DNA of 62,229 bases, filler included, from Diploschistes diacapsis (Eukaryota), in assembly GCA_023645945.1 (NCBI GenBank). It is 19 parts of 19 records of this genome, joined end to end, with 100 filler letters (N's around TTAATTAATTAA, not from the genome) between each part and the next. Parts side by side here need not be neighbours in the genome. Positions count along the whole stretch, not along the records: positions 24,375 to 26,393 come from JALAIB010002431.1; positions 26,494 to 28,510 come from JALAIB010002432.1; positions 28,611 to 30,626 come from JALAIB010002433.1; positions 30,727 to 32,742 come from JALAIB010002434.1; positions 32,843 to 34,857 come from JALAIB010002435.1; 14 more parts are not named here. One strand, given 5' to 3'. The position numbers were made by a program, and so were the translations under genes. Numbering within the stretch: the first letter of the stretch is position 1; every line of letters begins with the position of its first letter. Positions 24,375 to 34,957 of this stretch are shown piece after piece. Below the pieces are notes generated by a model. That model saw only the letters and a list, made by a program, of their open reading frames with translations. It was not told the origin of the DNA and made no database searches.

Positions 24375-26218
24375 GAATATAAACAATTAAATTAAATTAC
24401 TATCATAAGCCGAGTATTACCTTAACAACAGACATAGAAAGATTAAAAAGATTTAAAATATATAATCATTTAATAACGAGATACTAAATAACAACAAAAG
24501 AATCAAGATCTTAAAAAAGAATCCTCAACTAAAGAAGGAAAATAAGGTCTATTTATAAACAAATAATCTCAAAACACGTAGACCCTTTAAAAAGTTAGAT
24601 CACGTTAACAATCGAACCCTTCTTTATCGATAAAACAATCCGTCATACCAGATAAAATCAAACGAGTTAATTATCGATTTAAGTTACCAAAAGACGCGAA
24701 AGTCTATCTAATGTTTCACTCTAAATACCTCGAACCAGCACATCCAGACATATCATTATAAAAAATCTTCTATTTCGAACCAAATAACGAAAACGAATAC
24801 AAAATCAAAAGAATTATTAACGTAAAGGAAAATAAATATCGAGTTAGATAGAAGAAATACCCGGAAAGTTAGGACACGTAGGAATTTTTAACGAACTTAA
24901 TAAGTTATAAAAATAGATTTAAAAAGTATCAAGATATTTATCCGTTAAAAGATTAATTAACTTAAGACCAGCGGAACACCTTAGAGACTTAGGAAATTAT
25001 AAGAAAAAGATCACGAAATATAAAAGAAAAAAACAGGATTAATCTTGGTGGAAGTTGAATCCATTACCTCCGCGACGGCATAAATAGATCGAATAAGGAT
25101 TTGATATATTCATATAATAACATCACGACGCTTTAATTATTAAACTATAAGACCACATATAAAGAAAAATCCATAAATCAGTTTTTATGTCTTAATCCCG
25201 GTATTATTTTTTAACTTCTAGTTTATTTACGAAAACGATAAGGTAACTAAATATTAGAGGTCTTAAAAATCGCTCGTGAGCACCGCGTTATTATTCGGAT
25301 TTTTAACCGCCTCTACCTCATCATTCAGTTAATCGGTTAGACATTTCGCTTACTCGATAGATTTCTTTTCAATTAGCTTAAGAGTTTTACGCAACCTCTT
25401 TATACGCGCCTCATGCTTCATTAACTGAAAAAAGAGTTTTTGTCTTTTCTCCTCTTTCACCTTTAACCGGGATTTTATCTGAAAGCGAACCCTATCTACG
25501 GCTTCTTAGGACGTTAATACGCAATTCTTTCGATCTGAGCGAACGTATCTTTCGTAACGAGAAGATATAAATAATATTACGATATAAACGTGAATAACGA
25601 AACAATAAAAATAAAGAAAATCCGAAAATTTATTTAGTTTAAGAATGCGATTTATAAATTTATGATTACGAAAAGTTAAAAAAAACATCGTTGTTTCACG
25701 ACTTAAGATTCTCTTTTGTTTAATATTTATATTAAACCCTTCGACGAATCATCGGGTCGATAATATTAAAGAAAAAGAGTAATATTACGATCCGAGATCC
25801 TTACCTCGTCACGTCCTAGTCTTTCGTTATATAACTTTAATAACGCAAAGTCACGTAACTAACAAATAACCAACGATAAATGTTTGTTACGATAAATCTA
25901 TTTAAACAAATATCTATCGATAACAACGTTATCGCGATAATTTTGCTATCGACGGCCAGCTGTTATTTTAAATTATATAAGAACCGCATCATAATCTTTA
26001 TAAGATAAGGTATATTTACTTTTATAGATATCTTTAACGATTACTCGAGATCAATTTATATTCGTTATTTTCTATTAATAGAAGATAATCTTTCTAGAGA
26101 TCAGTACAGACCTATAACCGATCTACTTCTTCTCCTTCCTATACTCCTCTTCTAACAGAGACTAAACCTACCTTGATCAATACCTCGTGTCTACCTTGAA
26201 GAGATAGAGATCATAACA
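24375..26218 (+). mobile_element. Ty3/gypsy chromovirus family A, 3' end (integrase tail, chromodomain, antisense ORF, PPT, 436-bp 3' LTR at 25783-26218), RIP-mutated
   Basis: KTRRPFKKLDHV...VNYRFKLP (GPY/F region) and ENEYKIKRII...YRVR*KKYPES*DT*E (chromodomain). Purine tract followed by T(G>A)TTACGATCC...CATAACA. Confidence 0.9.
25200..25688 (-). pseudogene. RIP-mutated antisense accessory ORF of the chromovirus (Zn-cluster-like plus coiled coil)
   Basis: Aligns with the copy at 43600-44073. Reverting RIP changes gives C-x2-C-x5-C-x9-C-x2-C-x7-C, followed by ...KHEARIKRLRKTLKLIEKKS. Confidence 0.7.
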
Positions 26219-26296
26219 TTAAGTTAATTAAGATATGGTGTTTTAAAGTATAATCATCGCGTCGAGTAATAAACGTTATACGAAGAACCTTATATA

Positions 26297-26393
26297 TAGG
26301 CTGGCCGTCACTGACACTGACACGGCCGTGTCAGTAATACGGACACTGACAGTGTCAATATTAATATTTTAGATTTTTTAGTTATAGTATCCG
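26297..26393 (+). mobile_element. End of a TAGGCTGGCCGT repeat-array element, inserted in a Fot1-like transposase remnant
   Basis: TAGGCTGGCCGTCACTGACAC...; the flank 26219-26296 matches the Fot1-like 5' coding region. Confidence 0.75.
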
Positions 26394-26799
26394 NNNNNNN
26401 NNNNNNNNNNNNNNNNNNNNNNNNNNNNNNNNNNNNNTTAATTAATTAANNNNNNNNNNNNNNNNNNNNNNNNNNNNNNNNNNNNNNNNNNNNAGTATTA
26501 AAATATAAAAGATTCACGATACGTTAAAGATTTATTATCGTATAATTAACGATAAAGATACGTTACGATAATTAAACGTTCTGAAAATAAAGCTTAAAAA
26601 AGGAAAAGATAATTATAATATATAAAACCTAATAAAAGCTACCAAAAGATATATTAAACATATATCAAGATCCGCTAGCGTGTTCTTATATAAGAATAGA
26701 GTTTTCGTAGATAGAAATAATTTTTCAGAAGTTATTTCATCAGTACATCTATCGTTTAGCAGAGATCTAGCCACCGAATAACCACTTATCTGTCTTATT

Positions 26800-27052
26800 G
26801 TCACACTGTAGTATTAACCTTTACAGTAGTAGTATCGTGTTTTAAAAATTATAACGATAATGTCCGTAAAAGTATCCGTGTTTTAAGATTTTTAATCGTA
26901 GTGTCCGTGTCCGTGCTTTTACTGCAATGTAGTGTCCGTGTCAATATCCGTATTTTAAAATTTTAGCTGTCGTGTCCGTGTTAGTGTCCGTGTTTTGAAA
27001 ATTTTTGCTGCAGTGTCCGTGTCAGTGACCGTGGCACGAAACGGCCAGCCTA
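26800..27052 (+). mobile_element. Opposite-type end of a TAGGCTGGCCGT repeat-array element
   Basis: GTGTCCGTG repeats ending ...GTGGCACGAAACGGCCAGCCTA. Confidence 0.75.
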
Positions 27053-27330
27053 GTTAAATTTATTGAGTTAATTAAGATATCGTGTTTTAAAATACGATTA
27101 TCGCGTCGAGCAATAAGCGTCGTACGAAGAACCTTATATATCTAAAATGCGCGTTTTATGTTAAGATTTAGGTTTAATTTGATAGTTTAAAGTGCTATTA
27201 TGATTCTATTTTTAATTAAGGATGATTCCATAATCGTACGCGTAGAAAATTGATATAAAAGTTGAAAGTTTATAAAATCGGATGAGGGGTGTCCGTTCGC
27301 TATGAGTGTCCGCTCGCTATGCATATACGT
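27053..27330 (-). mobile_element. pogo/Fot1-like transposon family F1, 5' end
   Basis: TIR ACGTATATGCATAGCGAGCGGACAC flanked by TA; N-terminus MESSLIKNRIIIAL...; matches the copy at 54894. Confidence 0.85.
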
Positions 27331-27562
27331 TAATTTTAATAGAAAATATATATATAATAACCCTCCATAAAATACCAATATTTATTTCTTTAATTTTTAA
27401 AAAGCGAAAGGAGCGGTAACAACGGCTCTTATAAAATAAAAAAACGCTACCCATTACTTTCAAGAAATATATAGAACGACGCCGCTCGTTTTAACAGCTT
27501 ACGTGATTAACGCTTACGCGAGATTCCTAAATAAATAGCTAAAACTTGATAAACTAGATATC

Positions 27563-28185
27563 TAGTGAGACAGCCCAGCCCAGGGGCCTGCCAAGACACG
27601 GCAGGGTCAGGGGATGGCTGTATAAACGGGTAGTCCCCGAACCCCGATAAATCTAATACCCACATTATTTAACGATACCCTCCTCTCATTTAAATAATTT
27701 TTTTTTCAGTTTTTCGAATCGAAACCTTTTACCTATAGATACCTAGTTATACGTAATCCTTTTGGATCAGGCTCAGCCCCCGATAATACAATATCTTATT
27801 TTTACTCTAGCATTTCACATTCGAAAAGCTCACTTTATTTTCGCACTCGTAACGAGAGTTTATAACGTCAACCGAATTAAATATTGGAATAAATTCACGA
27901 TAACCGAACTCGAAAGTGTATTATCCGCCGACCTATTATAAACAATGGTTCCCGCTGATAGAAAAAATTAAAAAAGAAAAAGAAAATCTATAACATTTCC
28001 GACTTTTAAAAAATCAGCCGAGATCTTAACGATTAAAAAATACGATTTAATAAATAAATCGTTAATTAGAAAATAATTTATAAAGTACCCCGCGTTACGA
28101 TAATTATTAATATTAAGATTCTTTAAAGGATTTAATATTAACGAAGAATTAATACCGAAAAGATTCAAGTTAGGCCCCCGCGATA
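27563..28185 (+). mobile_element. Ty3/gypsy family B 5' LTR (~27563-27819), self-priming PBS and start of gag
   Basis: LTR ends TTTCACA and is followed by ATTCGAAAAGCT, complementary to AG(C>T)TTTTCGAAT at 27708-27719. Homologous to 50991-51731. Confidence 0.8.
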
Positions 28186-28510
28186 TGTTACGATCTAAGT
28201 GACTAGGTGATAGCCACTTGGTACTTTACAGCTGATCGGGCCTAACTCAATTACTTCTTGTATATAGTCTAAACATGGTGACACCGGTCACGTGATGAGT
28301 AGAAAACCTTGGAGGTTATTTTACTTTTTGTAGGTAGAACGGGAGAATAGTAATTCTATTTATTTATTGATTTACTTCGTTAAGAAAGTAATTGGTTATA
28401 TAAGAACGTCGTTATAGCCTTTATGAATCTAGGGCGTGTTTATTTTTATAGATATCTTAAATTATTGTTCGGGATCAATTTATATTCGTTATTTTTATCA
28501 TTTTAGAGCC
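28186..28510 (+). mobile_element. Family A-related LTR nested in family B gag
   Basis: Begins TGTTACGATC; homologous to 47622-47993 and 25783-26218. Confidence 0.75.
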
Positions 28511-28610
28511 NNNNNNNNNNNNNNNNNNNNNNNNNNNNNNNNNNNNNNNNNNNNTTAATTAATTAANNNNNNNNNNNNNNNNNNNNNNNNNNNNNNNNNN
28601 NNNNNNNNNN

Positions 28611-28866
28611 TTACTACTTTATAAGCGATTTTAGAAGATAAAATGATACGTGTTTTCGAATCGTTATTTTTAATTCGCTCTTAAAAAATAATTATTGATA
28701 TAATCTACATACACTTTTCGAGTATAATAAATAAGTAATCTAATAGTAATATTTCGAAAAAAAATCAAAAATAACGATTAAATTCGAAGAATTATTAAAG
28801 ATCTAAAATATTTCTTAACAAAAGTGGCCCAGATGGGGGGGTAGCCCAACTCCCCGTGAAACACGC
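28611..28866 (-). mobile_element. pogo/Tc1-mariner family F2 end
   Basis: TIR (A>G)CGTGTTTCACGGGGAGTTGGGCTACCCCCCCATCTGGGCCACTTTTG, related to those at 32585, 33513, 53666, 58305 and 60819. Confidence 0.7.
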
Positions 28867-29029
28867 TAGTAATTATATTGAGCTTTTAGATACCTGAAAG
28901 AGCGGTCACGAATTTAATTATTATGATATTTCGGGATGTGGTGGGGTTAGCAGTTAAATACCTCCGTAGACGAGCTGGCAGCAAAAGCCCTGGGTAACTA
29001 ATGACATCGGTTTCTATTGTATTCAGATA

Positions 29030-29505
29030 ATGTCGATTCCCAGTCCCGCACTTCAAAAGGTCCCACATCTTGACTGAGCAGAAGACCTAGCTAAACACCT
29101 TGATAGCTCGTGCAGGAGATAGAAGCTCAAGCTCTCCAATCCCAGCGAGAGATCAATGTGGTCAAAACGGCCATTGCGACAAAGCAGCGAGACAAGCGAA
29201 TACTGCAGCTCACGACTAGCGAGGTGCACTCATTGCCCCAGGAAGTTAATATTTATGAAGGAGTTGGCAAAATGTAAGTAAAATTTAACAATTTTCACTT
29301 CAATCCCACACGTCTTCCGCGACCTACTCATCTTCTCCAAAGGTTCGTCCTAAATTCGGTTCCACATCTCCAGCAGCGCCTCATCTCCGAGACAGCTGAG
29401 TTAGAGGCAGATATTCGGAACTTGAATAAGAAGCTGCATTACCTCGAAACAACCCATCGCAATAGCAAACAGCATATTAGCCGGATTCTCTCATCAACGC
29501 AATAG
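29030..29505 (+). CDS. PFD1: Prefoldin subunit 1; exons 29030-29059, 29107-29273, 29343-29505 (119 aa)
   Basis: MSIPSPALQK|LVQEIEAQALQSQREINVVKTAIATKQRDKRILQLTTSEVHSLPQEVNIYEGVGKM|FVLNSV...KKLHYLETTHRNSKQHISRILSSTQ*. GT-AG introns in frame; YEGVGKMF beta-prefoldin motif. Confidence 0.9.
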
Positions 29506-30726
29506 GAAAAATACTCTGGATCCTTCTCATCACCCTTTCCCGGTAATGGCATAACACCCGCTTTGTTGTAACCACACTAACAGTACATGCTCTGCAGATT
29601 ATACAATGCTTGCAATTCGACGTTATTGCTAATCCAAAGTTGGGCATATCCGTTGGCGATAGATTGCATTCCGTATATAACTGTTAATGCAAGCAAGCTT
29701 CTCATTTTCGAAATGTTGTAGACAGATCCAATGAAAGCATGCAGGGCATCGTGCAGATATTATATATTACTCAATAACAGAAGATAAATTTCTAAAATTA
29801 AGGATCACTGTAGAAAGTAGGTGGAGTTGTTATAGGGTCCCTAATAAACTAACAGAGCAAGCTAAGATAACGTCCTGACCTTAGTACCCAAACAGACCCT
29901 AGTAACAGAACACGTGACATAATAGCGAAACTACAATACTAAATATTTAAAATTAAATATCTCCAAAAGTGATTCAATTGAAGCCCTATAGATCGAATAA
30001 TAGCTATATCTGACTCATTAGTTTCATTTAATTATATCTAATAGCCAGCGTCGTCGACGCTAGCGTTTGGAAGTTTTTTCCAGATAACCAGCCTTCCTTC
30101 GGGATGATCTTCGTATTTTTACATATCATAGCAGCCGGAAACACTGTCAGGCTTTCCTTTCTAGCCTGTTTCTACCTTTCTTGTCTATTTATCTCGTAGA
30201 GTGCTTTTTTTTTCGTCCAACGCACGTTAATAGCTTTCATAAACGTTAAAAATTTATTTATTATAACTATAATAATACGTTTGAGTTTCTACTGATAGGT
30301 CGAGATCTTCTTAAATTTGTTGTTCTTTATCGTTAAAAACGTAATTTTCGTAAAAATTTTTTTAATCATTTTAATTATTTTAAAGAAGTTTCGGAACACT
30401 TCAAACTTTTATTAAAAGTTTAAAATCGAGTTAATAAAGATTTATCTTTCGGAAAGCTCGAAGCGTCGTAAATAAACTATAAGGAATTTTAAAAACTTTA
30501 AAAAAGTCCCCGACGGCGTTAGAAATCTTAAAAATCAATTTAAAAATCGAAAAACTCTATATCAACGTTCTTTTACGTGGCGTGAGCGTTTTTAATAATA
30601 CAAATATTTATTCAAACGTTAATAAGNNNNNNNNNNNNNNNNNNNNNNNNNNNNNNNNNNNNNNNNNNNNTTAATTAATTAANNNNNNNNNNNNNNNNNN
30701 NNNNNNNNNNNNNNNNNNNNNNNNNN

Positions 30727-32168
30727 CCCATCCCCAACCCCGTCGCACCCTCTGCAAACTTGGCAGCTTCCGCCCCGTAGATCTCCCTCATCCGCTCCTC
30801 GTCCATCCGGCACGGACTCGCCTCTCGCGCCACGCCGCCGCCCTCGTCTCCCTCTCCCTCTTCCCTCACCCGCATCGATCCGCCCTCCATCTCCCCCAGC
30901 GCCATCTCCCGCTCCTCGAGCGCCTTCGCGCCCTCCAGCTCCCTGCGCACCCCGTCCTCCATGAACGGGCATATCTCGACGTCCACCCTCTCCATCTCCC
31001 GCCACGCCGCAGCCCACGCGCCCGCCCGCATCAGCCCGTTCGCCGCGTAGATGCGCATGTCCCACCGCCTGCCACCTTTGCCCGCGGACCCGCTGCGCCC
31101 GTCTCGCACCCTCCGCCCGCAGTCGACGCAGAGGTCCGGGTCCTGCGCGCCCTCTTCGTCCACTGCGCCCACGGCGGCGGCAGCAGCGCCGCTGTGCTCG
31201 CATGCATCGCCGCCATCGCACCTCGAGCCAGCGCCGGCGCGGTGTTGTTGTGGAGCGTCGAACTCGGCCTCGCGCGCCTCGGCCAGAGCGGCGGCCTCTT
31301 CGTCCGCGTCGAGCCGGAAGTGCCCGCACTTCAGGATCCGCGGCGTCGCGAGCTCGAGGCTCTCCAGCAGGCGCTCCTCCAGCAGCTCGTAGTCCTCGCG
31401 CGGGTGCGGGATCAGGATGCCGCGCTCGAGCACCGTGTCGGGGATTTTCTCGCGCAGCAGGGTCCAGTTGGACAGGATGTGCGGGGGCGCGATGGCGGCC
31501 AGCGAGGCGGCGGAGTAGGGCGAGGCGATGGGGAGGAGGGTGACGTGGAGGAGGATGAGGGGGTGTTCTTTTTTCGGCGGTTGCTGCTGCTGCTGCGGTG
31601 GCGGCGGTGGCGGCGCGGTAGGCTTGATGGGGGAGAGGTGGTGGCGTGTGGCCAAGTGCGAGCGGACGGAGCGCGGGGTGCTGGTGCGCGAGTGCGTGCT
31701 GGGCCTATGGCGGTGCTGGCGCGACTGCTGGCTTCGGCGGCTGGTGGTTGTCGGGGAGCGCAGGTGCGGCGGCGTCAGTTCGAGCTGCATGCCTCGCACG
31801 GACGAGGGGTTGCGGAAAGGAGAGCGCGTCTTGGGCGGGGTGTATGGGAGGGGGTCGTGCGCCGTAAAGGGTACGCACGAGGAGGCGCGGGAGTCGGTGC
31901 GGGAGTCGGTGGGGAGGGAGGAGATGAGGTCGTCATTGTCCGTGCATTCGTCTTCGAAATGCGACTCGCATCCCGACGAAGTGTGGGGGGAGCTTTGGCG
32001 CGTGGAGTGCGACTCTGGGTTCGAGTCGAAGATGGCCTCATCTCCGCCTGCGGAGTTGCGCGCGGAGGCTGAGTGGGCCGAGTCGGAGAAGGAATCTTCG
32101 ATGCTTTGGATAGGCATCTCACTGCTCGGAGAGGAGGGGAGGAGAATAGGTTGCGCGTTCAGGTCCAT
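30727..32168 (-). CDS. Conserved fungal hypothetical protein, truncated at its 3' end by the contig end
   Basis: Long GC-rich ORF with blocks EHPLILLHVTLLP, ILKCGHF and WDMRIYAANGLMRAGAWAAAWREMERVDVEI that resemble a conserved ascomycete family; function not assignable. Confidence 0.8.
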
Positions 32169-32584
32169 TGGTGTGTGTGTGTGTGTGTGGAATGCTGGTG
32201 CTGGTTGAGACGTGCGAAGGGGTAAGGCCGTTCAGCTTTGGGGTTTGTTGATGACACTGGGTCGCTTGTTTCCTTCCCAAGTTAATTACGCCTCTGCAGG
32301 TCGAATGGAGGTTCTCCTCGTGAGGGACAAACCAGTTTTCAGAAGGATCCGACTCAAAGATTTCAAGACAGTATTTTACAAGTCTATTGACTCACACGAT
32401 AACTCTACCGAGCTTTGGTTACTGTAACAACTTAACTCGCTTGTTGCTTGGCATACTAAAGGAAGCACCAGTTCCCTCCTCCCGACCGCTTCATAATAAG
32501 TATTACTAACGTATTTCACAAGTCATCCGCCCACACAAGTCATCCGCTCACCTACCCCTCCTTCTACATGTTTTCAACCTTATA

Positions 32585-32742
32585 ACGTGTTTCACGGTCA
32601 GCTCGGCCACCCCCCCATCTCGGCCACTTTTGCCAAGAAATATTTTAAATCTTTAATAACTCTTCGTGAAACGCCAGCGCAGGCATGGGATACTACACTA
32701 CCGGGGGCTGGGTCTGATCCGGAAGGATTACGTGTAGCTGGG
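32585..32742. mobile_element. F2 TIR fragment interrupted by the 3' part of a family B LTR (minus strand, ~32666-32742)
   Basis: TA-ACGTGTTTCACGG...GGCCACTTTTGCC, then the reverse complement of CAGCTACACGTAATCCTTCCGGATCAG...GCGTTTCAC. Confidence 0.7.
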
Positions 32743-32842
32743 NNNNNNNNNNNNNNNNNNNNNNNNNNNNNNNNNNNNNNNNNNNNTTAATTAATTAANN
32801 NNNNNNNNNNNNNNNNNNNNNNNNNNNNNNNNNNNNNNNNNN

Positions 32843-33156
32843 AAAAATAAAAGCGTAAGAATTAGGCGTGATAATTCCAGAATTATTAAAGTTAAAAAAA
32901 TAATTTAAAATGTTTCGATAAATGCACGGACACGGACACCGCAATAAAAAATTTTTCGACACGGACATTAACACGGACATTACATTATAATAAAAACACG
33001 GACACGGACACTGCAATTAAAAATTTTAAAATATTGATACTGATACGGACACTGCACTTCCGTAAATCCACGGACACGGACACCGCAGCTAAAAAATCTA
33101 AAACACGGACACTGACACTGTCAGTGTCCGTGTCAGTGTCAGTGACGGCCAGCCTA
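32843..33156 (-). mobile_element. Partial TAGGCTGGCCGT repeat-array element inserted in an F2 transposon
   Basis: ACACGGACAC repeats ending GTGACGGCCAGCCTA; the flank matches F2 sequence at ~60483 onward. Confidence 0.8.
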
Positions 33157-33513
33157 GTTTATAACGTTTCGTAAAGAAAACCGAAAGCAAAAAACGCTTT
33201 TTAATAATCATAAAAAACGTAAATTAAATAAACGAATCGAATTAAAAGATCGTTTTATATTTAATATAAGCGAAGTTATTAAAATAATAATTCGGTTAAA
33301 TCGAGTCGAACAGTTTCGAAACAATTTATAACGCGCAAAAACGTCGTCGCGTTTCTGAAATCGAGGAAGATAAAAAGAAAAAAATAAATTCGATTTAGAT
33401 CGATTAGATTCTAACTACGACGAACAAATTTTATCTAAAAACCGTAGAATGTTAACGGTAGTAATTTAAGGTGGCCGGAATCTGGAGATGGCCGGAATCC
33501 CCGTCAAACACGT
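33157..33513 (+). mobile_element. pogo-like family F2 transposon, 3' end
   Basis: Homologous to 60483-60819 and 58305-58670; ends ...CCCCGTCAAACACGT-TA. Confidence 0.85.
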
Positions 33514-33642
33514 TATATTTATTAACTTTCTTTTTTTTCTTTAAAAGGTCCAGCCATTCGTCGATAACGGAAAGAAATTTCGCGTCTATTTCGTTATCGT
33601 TTATCTACTCGCCGGCGAATTGTTTTTATCAGATTTTAATTA

Positions 33643-34857
33643 GGCCCTGTTTGGCGGCCACGTAGAGCTGCTCTACGGTAGAACGCATCTACGTAGATGA
33701 CGGCCGTCATCTACGTAGAACCCGCTCTACGTGGCGCGTTTAACAGCCAACCCCACCACGATATCGCCCACCATCCTCGGCTTTATAGACCAGCCTCGGC
33801 TCAGCTTTCCAACTTCTTTAGCGGCCTTCTATACGTATACGTAAAAACATTTATATAATATTCTCGCAGGCGTAATATTTATCGTAAAAACGTTTCGTTA
33901 TACGCACGCTTATAACCCTATAAGCCGTTAATATTATTAAAAATAAGAAAAGAAAACCCTTTAATCTAATCTAAGATCATAAAAAGAACGCTTTTCTATA
34001 AACTTATTAAATAAATTCAAGCCGATAAGCGCTCCGACAATAACTTTAAATCTAAAACCTGAAAGGCCGTCATCGTTAAAATCCAGGAAGTCGTCACCCA
34101 GCAAAACAGAAACAGCCAAACTCGCGTTATCACGCAGACGCAAACAAACGCCAAAAATTCCGACTATAAGACCCTATATATAACCTAAAGAGTACTAAAA
34201 AAGACGTCAAAGGTGAACTAAAACGAAAAAACGGAACTTCTTCGCGTTAACGATACGTTTTAAATTGAATATTTAAAAATAAGTTAATAATTATCTCGAA
34301 ATAAAACGAAATTTATCGTTATAAAACCATTTAAGGGCAACGCGTTTTAAAACGCAGACTTTACCTTATCCCGAACAGCTAAAAAAACTCTATTTTACCA
34401 CTATAACGACCGGAACGCATACCCGTAGTACTTTTACCGTACGGAATTACGACCCGTCCCGCCCTTTTTCTCCGCCCTTTCTCGACTTATAGCTCTTCGC
34501 GCCATCGAGTTATCCAAGCCCGACTCCGACGTAAACCTTTTTTTTTATATCAATTCTTCGCTCGATAACAACGGAACGGTCCGCGGAAACGAAATCCTTC
34601 CAAACAACGCGTAAACGAAAACATAAAATAAAAAACGATAAAATGGCCGATGCCGTCCACGAAATAATAAAAAAGTTAAAAACGATAAAAGAATAACAAG
34701 CGAAAAAGAAGGAAAAATAAAAATTTATAATCGATAAAGCCATCGAGATATTCATAAAAAATCATAAAAATCACGAAATAAATTAACGTCTCTAAACTTG
34801 CGCTTTATTACAAAAACAAATCAACGCGTATATATATATAAATACACGCGATATAAA
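33643..34857 (+). mobile_element. PIF/Harbinger-like transposon, left part with RIP-mutated Myb/SANT-like ORF1
   Basis: TTA then GGCCCTGTTTGG terminus. Translation LI*SKII...KRSDNNFKSKT*KAV...LYIT*RVLKKTSKVN*NEKTE...F*IEYL fits the W/FK..W/GWD pattern of Harbinger Myb/SANT-like proteins once RIP stops are read as Trp. Confidence 0.75.
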
Positions 34858-34957
34858 NNNNNNNNNNNNNNNNNNNNNNNNNNNNNNNNNNNNNNNNNNN
34901 NTTAATTAATTAANNNNNNNNNNNNNNNNNNNNNNNNNNNNNNNNNNNNNNNNNNNN

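Noticed and set aside
26297..27052. A single TAGGCTGG element spanning the spacer at 26394-26493
   Set aside because: The ends are on different contigs, and the F1 flanks overlap by about 80 bp rather than joining, so they are separate insertions.
30679..32208. Multiple long overlapping or antisense ORFs (also at 81-834 and 16901-20334)
   Set aside because: Shadow frames of GC-rich real genes.
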